Shown here piece after piece: positions 57,694-64,000 of a stretch of 64,000 nucleotides of DNA (positions are counted from its first letter, which is position 1; every line of letters starts with the position of its first letter). The notes below the pieces were generated by a model, which worked only from the letters and a program-made list of their open reading frames with translations, was not told where the DNA came from and made no database searches. The translations under genes and the position numbers were made by a program. The stretch spans positions 1,612,001 to 1,676,000 of the forward strand of contig OZ218961.1 of the NCBI GenBank assembly GCA_965112735.1, read 5' to 3'. This stretch comes from Phaeosaccion multiseriatum (lineage: Eukaryota > Protista > Ochrophyta, other classes).

Positions 57694-59893
57694 GAGATCC
57701 CACTTGGCGCTGTTGTGGCAATGTCGTATCTGTGTTGGACCTATGGTGCTGAGCCAATGCCTGGACTGGGCATGTTGTGACCAGCAAACGCGTCGTTCGG
57801 GCTGTGTGTGCCTACCAAATATGCCAAATGCCGGCTTTGGGCGTCTTTGCCGACAGATTGGGCCATTTGAGCCTATCTGAGATCCCACTTGGCGCTGTTG
57901 TGGCAATGTCGTATCTGTGTTGGGCCTATGGTGCTGAGCCAATGCCTGGACTGGGCATGTTGTGACCAGCAAACGCGTCGTTCGGGCTGTGTGTGCCTAC
58001 CAAATATGCCAAATGCCGGCTTTGGGCGTCTTTGCCGACAGATTGGGCCATTTGAGCCTATCTGAGATCCCACTTGGCGCTGTTGTGGCAATGTCGTATC
58101 TGTGTTGGGCCTATGGTGCTGAGCCAATGCCTGGACTGGGCATGTTGTGACCAGCAAACGCGTCGTTCGGGCTGTGTGTGCCTACCAAATATGCCAAATG
58201 CCGGCTTTGGGCGTCTTTGCCGACAGATTGGGCCATTTGAGCCTATCTGAGATCCCACTTGGCGCTGTTGTGGCAATGTCGTATCTGTGTTGGGCCTATG
58301 GTGCTGAGCCAATGCCTGGACTGGGCATGTTGTGACCAGCAAACGCGTCGTTCGGGCTGTGTGTGCCTACCAAATATGCCAAATGCCGGCTTTGGGCGTC
58401 TTTGCCGACAGATTGGGCCATTTGAGCCTATCTGAGATCCCACTTGGCGCTGTTGTGGCAATGTCGTATCTGTGTTGGGCCTATGGTGCTGAGCCAATGC
58501 CTGGACTGGGCATGTTGTGACCAGCAAACGCGTCGTTCGGGCTGTGTGTGCCTACCAAATATGCCAAATGCCGGCTTTGGGCGTCTTTGCCGACAGATTG
58601 GGCCATTTGAGCCTATCTGAGATCCCACTTGGCGCTGTTGTGGCAATGTCGTATCTGTGTTGGGCCTATGGTGCTGAGCCAATGCCTGGACTGGGCATGT
58701 TGTGACCAGCAAACGCGTCGTTCGGGCTGTGTGTGCCTACCAAATATGCCAAATGCCGGCTTTGGGCGTCTTTGCCGACAGATTGGGCCATTTGAGCCTA
58801 TCTGAGATCCCACTTGGCGCTGTTGTGGCAATGTCGTATCTGTGTTGGGCCTATGGTGCTGAGCCAATGCCTGGACTGGGCATGTTGTGACCAGCAAACG
58901 CGTCGTTCGGGCTGTGTGTGCCCCCCAAATGCGGGCTTTGGGCGTCTTTGCCGACAGATTGGGCCATTTGAGCCTATCTGAGATCCCACTTGGCGCTGTT
59001 GTGGCAATGTCGTATCTGTGTTGGGCCTATGGTGCTGAGCCAATGCCTGGACTGGGCATGTTGTGACCAGCAAACGGGTCGTTCGGGCTGTGTGTGCCTA
59101 CCAAATATGCCAAATGCCGGCTTTGGGCGTCTTTGCCGACAGATTGGGCCATTTGAGCCTATCTGAGATCCCACTTGGCGCTGTTGTGGCAATGTCGTAT
59201 CTGTGTTGGGCCTATGGTGCTGAGCCAATGCCTGGACTGTGCATGTTGTGACCAGCAAACGCGTCGTTCGGGCTGTGTGTGCCTACCAAATATGCCAAAT
59301 GCCGGCTTTGGGCGTCTTTGCCGACAGATTGGGCCATTTGAGCCTATCTGAGATCCCACTTGGCGCTGTTGTGGCAATGTCGTATCTGTGTTGGGCCTAT
59401 GGTGCTGAGCCAATGCCTGGACTGGGCATGTTGTGACCAGCAAACGCGTCGTTCGGGCTGTGTGTGCCTACCAAATGCGGGCTTTGGGCGTCTTTGCCGA
59501 CAGATTGGGCCATTTGAGCCTACCTGAGATCCCACTTGGCGCTGTTGTGGCAATGTCGTATCTGTGTTGGGCCTATGGTGCTGAGCCAATGCCTGGACTG
59601 GGCATGTTGTGACCAGCAAACGGGTCGTTCGGGCTGTGTGTGCCCCCCAAATGCGGGCTTTGGGCGTCTTTGCCGACAGATTGGGCCATTTGAGCATATC
59701 TGAGATCCCACTTGGCGCTGTTGTGGCAATGTCGTATCTGTGTTGGACCTATGGTGCTGAGCCAATGCCTGGACTGGGCATGTTGTGACCAGCAAACGCG
59801 TCGTTCGGGCTGTGTGTGCCCCCCAAATGCGGGCTTTGGGCGTCTTTGCCGACAGATTGGGCCATTTGAGCATATCTGAGATCCCACTTGGCG
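57694..59893 (+). repeat. 185/176-bp satellite, block 6 (~12 monomers)
   Basis: Same monomer and orientation as the other blocks. Confidence 0.99.
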
Positions 59894-60103
59894 TGTGGAG
59901 TCTCAAAGGTGTTTGGTATGTTCGAATCCGGATTGTCGCCATTTGGGGAACACGTGCTTCATATGAACGGCATGTCGCAGGAGGAGGATAGATAAGGAAG
60001 TGAGATTGATAAGGAAAGCTAATACACGCTCAACATAGGATAAGAACCCCTTGCTTGTTGGTTGTCTGGGGTGTGTGGTCTGTCCCACATCCCAGGTGGC
60101 TCA
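59894..60103 (+). mobile_element. Solo LTR (210 bp) with 4-bp TSD GGCG
   Basis: TGTGGAG...GGCTCA, flanked by GGCG at 59890-59893 and 60104-60107. The satellite continues in phase. Transcriptional orientation unknown. Confidence 0.85.
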
Positions 60104-60180
60104 GGCGCTGTTGTGGCAATGTCGTATCTGTGTTGGACCTATGGTGCTGAGCCAATGCCTGGACTGGGCATGTTGTGACC
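60104..60180 (+). repeat. Partial satellite monomer
   Basis: GGCGCTGTTGTGGC...TGTTGTGACC. Confidence 0.95.
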
Positions 60181-60307
60181 GCTGCTTCAGCAGCGAAGCC
60201 ACGGAAGTTCTGTTCTCGCAGAGTGGAGTCGACGAAGAAACAGGGTATTGAGAGCCGAGGAGGGGGGAGCGTGAGCGCGTGTGCGTGGACCCCGAGGGAG
60301 CTGGTAG

Positions 60308-61554
60308 TCGGCTCCAGACTGGCCTAGAAGCCTATGCTCTAGGCCCTAGGCCGAGCGGCCTACGCCCGCTCTAGGCCTAGGCCGGCGGCCGTTGGCCGCT
60401 CTAGGCCGGCCATTTTTTCTCCCTAGGCCGGCGGTTCTAGGCCTAGGCCTCGACCTATCTGATTAGTAATTACGGCCGGCGCAGCCGTCCTGATTACTGA
60501 TTATGACCGGCGCCAGCCGGCCTGAGTACTGATTATGCGCCAGCCGGGGGCTGATTACTGATTACGGCCGGCGTACACCGTAATCTTGTCCAGGGTCGAA
60601 GGGAGGGAGGGAGGGAGGGAGGGAGGGAGCGAGGGAGGGAGGGAGGGAGGGAGGGAGCGAGGGAGGGAGGGAGGGAGGGAGGGAGGGAGGGAGGGAGGGA
60701 GGGAGGGAGGGAGGGAGGGAGGGAGGGAGGGAGGGAGGGAGGGAGGGAGGGAGGGAGGGAGGGAGGGAGGGAGGGAGGGAGGGAGGGAGGGAGGGAGGGA
60801 GGGAGGGAGGGAGGGAGGGAGGGAGGGAGGGAGGGAGGGAGGGAGGGAGGGAGGGAGGGAGGGAGGGAGGGAGGGAGGGAGGGAGGGAGGGAGGGAGGGA
60901 GGGAGGGAGGGAGGGAGGGAGGGAGGGAGGGAGGGAGGGAGGGAGGGAGGGAGGGAGGGAGGGAGGGAGGGAGGGAGGGAGGGAGCGAGAGAGGGAGGGA
61001 GGGAGGGAGGGAGGGAGGGAGGGAGGGAGGGAGGGAAGGAGGGAAGGAGGGAAGGAGGGAAGGAGGGAAGGAGGGAAGGAGGGAGGGAGGGAAGGAGGGA
61101 GGGAGGGAGGGAGGGAGGGAGGGAGGGAGGGAGGGAGGGAGGGAGGGAGGGAGGGAGGGAGGGAGGGAGGGAGGGAGGGAGGGAGGGAGGGAGGGAGGGA
61201 GGGAGGGAGGGAGTCGACCCTGGACAAGATCATCTGATTCTGATTACGGCCGGCGCAGCCGGCCTGATTACTGATTATGACCGGCGCCAGCCGGTCTGGT
61301 TGCTTACAGCCTGTGACCAGCCGGCCTGATTACTGATTTTGCGCCGGCCGGGGGCTGATTACTGGTTACGGCCGGCGCACACCGTAATCTTGTCCAGGGT
61401 CGATAGGCCTAGCTAGGCCGGGGGGGCTGCGCCAAAAATAGGCCTAGGCCGGGGACCTGCGGCCCCCTCTAGGCCTAGGCCGGGGGCCTGCGGCCCCCCT
61501 AGGCCGGCCGAATTTCGTCTCTAGGCCTAGGCTTCTAGGCCAGTCTGGAGCCGA
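60308..61554. mobile_element. Non-autonomous TIR DNA transposon (MITE/foldback-like) with 6-bp TSD TGGTAG
   Basis: 27-bp perfect TIR TCGGCTCCAGACTGGCCTAGAAGCCTA / TAGGCTTCTAGGCCAGTCTGGAGCCGA. TGGTAG at 60302-60307 and 61555-61560. Subterminal CTAGGCC repeats. Confidence 0.88.
60601..61213 (+). repeat. (GGGA)n microsatellite, ~610 bp
   Basis: Near-perfect tetranucleotide tract. Confidence 0.99.
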
Positions 61555-64000
61555 TGGTAGGATAGAAAGTATATTTATGGCAGCAGATGGAAATCAGCGG
61601 ATTTGGATTTTCTGCTGGAGCTCAGAAGAGGAGGAGCCCTGCTGTACTCGCCACGCTACCGTGATTGGAGGAGATCGAGAGCAGGTGCGGGAGCGTGTAC
61701 AAGCAGGGAGGAGAGTAGAGACTGATGGTGTAGGAAAGCAAGGATCGCAGTAGGGCCCGACTGCTTCTCTTGTGAGGGTGAAGATGCTGTGTGCTTACTT
61801 GTGTCATGCTACCTGTCGCAAACACATGAGGTGCCCCCAATGCTAACTGTCGCAAGGGCTTGCGCTACGCACACGCATCTAGTAGAAGTTTGAGAGCCTG
61901 GGCTTGATTACGTGTGTGAAGATGGTCCTCACGTCTAGCCCAAGGTTTTTTCTTTTCTCTCGCCGGTGACGGGGCTTCCACGCTCCCTCGTCGCCCTTTC
62001 CTCTCCATTGGTTTCGCGGGGTCCGTCAACCCCAATCTTTTCGCCTCCTCCCTTCTCCACCCCGCCTGGTTGTGGCGTCGCTGCGGCGGTGGCGGGATCT
62101 TTTAGGCTGGGGGGTGAAAGATCCTTCCGCTTTGGTCCTGATGGTGATGAGCGCCCCGCGTATCGTATGGGACGCAGATGCAGCAGATGAGAGCCCGGCG
62201 TATCGTATTGGATGGAGATGCAGCAGTGCGGATGGCCTTAGAGGGGGCTTTCAGGGGGGGAGGCATCGTGTTGGAAGCAGCAGCGCGCAGGGGGGGGAGG
62301 AGCCATCCGGTACTCGCTACCCTACCGGGATTGAAGGGGATTGAGAGCTGGAGCCTGACTTCATGGTAGACACCTTCTCGATCTACGGGAGGAAGGGTTG
62401 GTGGACTTTTCTCTTCTTTCGAGCGCCACAATAATAGCAACGCGAGTAGCAGCAGCAGCTACGAGTGATCCCGTCCGGCCTGTCGCTTCAGCCGGAGAGT
62501 ACGGGCGCATGGACAGTGGGTGTAGTGGCAGTTAGTGCTATGGTGACGAACGGACAGATGGGAGGTGGCATTGTTTTCCTCTTCCTCGCCCCTGGAGACG
62601 TTTTGCGTAGATGTGGGAGAAGGGCGGCAGCAGAAGTGAGTGAATAGGGACTCTCAGCCAAGCAGCAAGAGCCTCAGCAGCCACGGCGAGGGCGGAGTTC
62701 GTGAGTGTGACAGCCGCGGTCGCATGGATGCGGAGGCAGGTATTCGGGCTATTGGAAGGAGCCGGTGGGCTCTGCTTTGGTGGTGGTTGGCGCCTTGAGT
62801 AGGTGGCGTGTGCAGCGGCTGTTCTACCTGTGACCATAACAGAGAAGCGACGTACAACAGAAGGGGCGCAGCGAGCAAGGAAGGCATGGGTCGGTGGGAG
62901 ACGGCAGTGAGTGTTTACAGCGCTTGCCTCCCTGACGACACAGCAGCATCTATAGAGTGGCCATCTACGTATTGTAGGGACAGGGCACTACGCTTGGGGG
63001 GGTTGCGGAGAGTGGGCAATCGAGCCATGTAGCTACTTATCTGCAATGGGCGGCGGCGGAGTGGCATTTGGTCATCCACAACAGCTGTGGAGTGAGGGTT
63101 GGGGCCTGCCTGTGCTGCGATAGTCGGATAAGGGATTTTTCGGGGTGCGTGGCACTTGAGCGGTGCGAACGAAGAAAATGGGCGAGAGCAGGCAATAGGT
63201 TTTGCTATGCTTGCGCGACTTACTGGGGGTGGTAAGGATGGCATATCCTCGTGCCAGAGTGCCCGGTGGTCGATGCTTTGGGGCAGCAGGGCTTGAGATC
63301 TTGGGCTTGTTCGTTTTGCAGGTCGACAGCAGCGAGGTGTTTTGCACTCGGTCTTTTGTCGGCCGGGTACTGCGGAAGTCCGCAGCGGACGGTTGGAATA
63401 GCAGTGAGGGGGTATCGGCACGGTGTATGCAGAAGGGCCGCGTCTACGAATTGATGTTCTAGGAGCTTGGTGCGAAAAACATAAGTGCGGCTGTTGGGGC
63501 ATTTTCTGTTTTTCTGCCGGGGTTGGTTCTATGGGATTTTTGGATCTGTGATTCCGAAAAGAATTTCAATTTGGCTAATTGAGCGACCTTGGACCTGCGG
63601 CGATGGCGAGTCTTTTAGATTGGGGGGTGAAAGATCCCTCCGTCTTGGTCCGTCATTGGAGCAGGTGATGCAGAGAGCGCCGACTATCGTAGTCGGAGGA
63701 CTCCGCGCGGCTATAGCGGTGATGGAGGAGGGAGTAGAGCTGCGCCGCTTCTCTCTCACTTTTACTGATGGCTCTGAAGGTGGGGACACAACAGATTGGT
63801 AGCGACATAGCGGCGGCGACTGGTGGCTTCTCCAGTCCAAGGTGGGCCTGGGCCACAGCATCTCAGCACGCGTGCAGGACGCCATGCGCTGGGCAGGGCG
63901 CAGTAGGATACATGCAGACACGGCTGCGCCCAAGGGACTTTGGGTGAATATGGGGGATGAGCGGCTCCTCGGAACCGCTGCCCCCAAAGGCCCGTGCTCG

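Larger units (their letters stand above)
60180..64000 (+). mobile_element. Degenerate, internally scrambled derivative of the YR retrotransposon at 29932-36818 (opposite orientation, runs off the window)
   Basis: A repeat at 60180-61960, interrupted. ORF1 start MTGLPRSLVALSSP at 61966. RT/RH scraps (WGVKDPS, RIVLDGDAAV) at ~62085-62280 and ~63590-63660. YR scraps (EEGVEL.R..L.FT, HADTAAP). B repeat begins ~63952. Confidence 0.88.

Noticed and set aside
159-59893. Hundreds of 62-94 aa ORFs (MLVTTCPVQ..., MTSKRVV...)
   Set aside because: They are translations of the satellite. The period of 185 or 176 is not a multiple of 3, indels are tolerated, and no domain is recognisable.
59915-59945. tRNA-like GTTCGAATCC...CGCCA
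   Set aside because: Only a T-loop-like word. No D arm, anticodon arm or acceptor pairing is evident, and it lies within an LTR.
1-60103. Giant 60-kb element bounded by inverted repeats (1-158 versus 59894-60050)
   Set aside because: The right copy has its own GGCG TSD with satellite on both sides, and the copies are diverged. They are two independent LTR insertions.
60562-61329. PPSL / GREG repeat proteins
   Set aside because: Translations of the (GGGA)n microsatellite.

Overview
Eukaryotic, GC-rich heterochromatic (possibly centromeric) window. Its backbone is about 26 kb of one 185/176-bp satellite (~140 head-to-tail monomers, all in one orientation, with local higher-order repeats). At least eight retroelement insertions interrupt it: (1) two copies of a ~210-bp LTR in opposite orientations (1-158; solo LTR 59894-60103 with GGCG TSD); (2) an internally deleted Ty1/copia with identical 186-bp LTRs (7832-12870); (3) an intact-looking tyrosine-recombinase retrotransposon with split direct repeats (Ngaro/PAT/TOC-type, 29932-36818, minus strand); (4) three non-autonomous or degenerate split-repeat elements (945-4771; a tandem dimer at 39060-46357; 60180-64000, which carries a nested TIR element); (5) a 5'-truncated chromodomain Ty3/gypsy (46942-57693, minus strand). 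The most notable signal is in the gypsy Pol: an in-frame DEDDy (RNase D/WRN-like) 3'-5' exonuclease lies between RNase H and integrase, and the gag UGA is followed by a readthrough-type CGG plus 13-bp hairpin. The second is a YR-retrotransposon family whose members share terminal, spacer and hairpin cis-signals and an unknown cargo module. No host genes were recognised, and the hundreds of short ORFs in the satellite are artefacts. All domain calls are by-eye motif recognition, not database searches.
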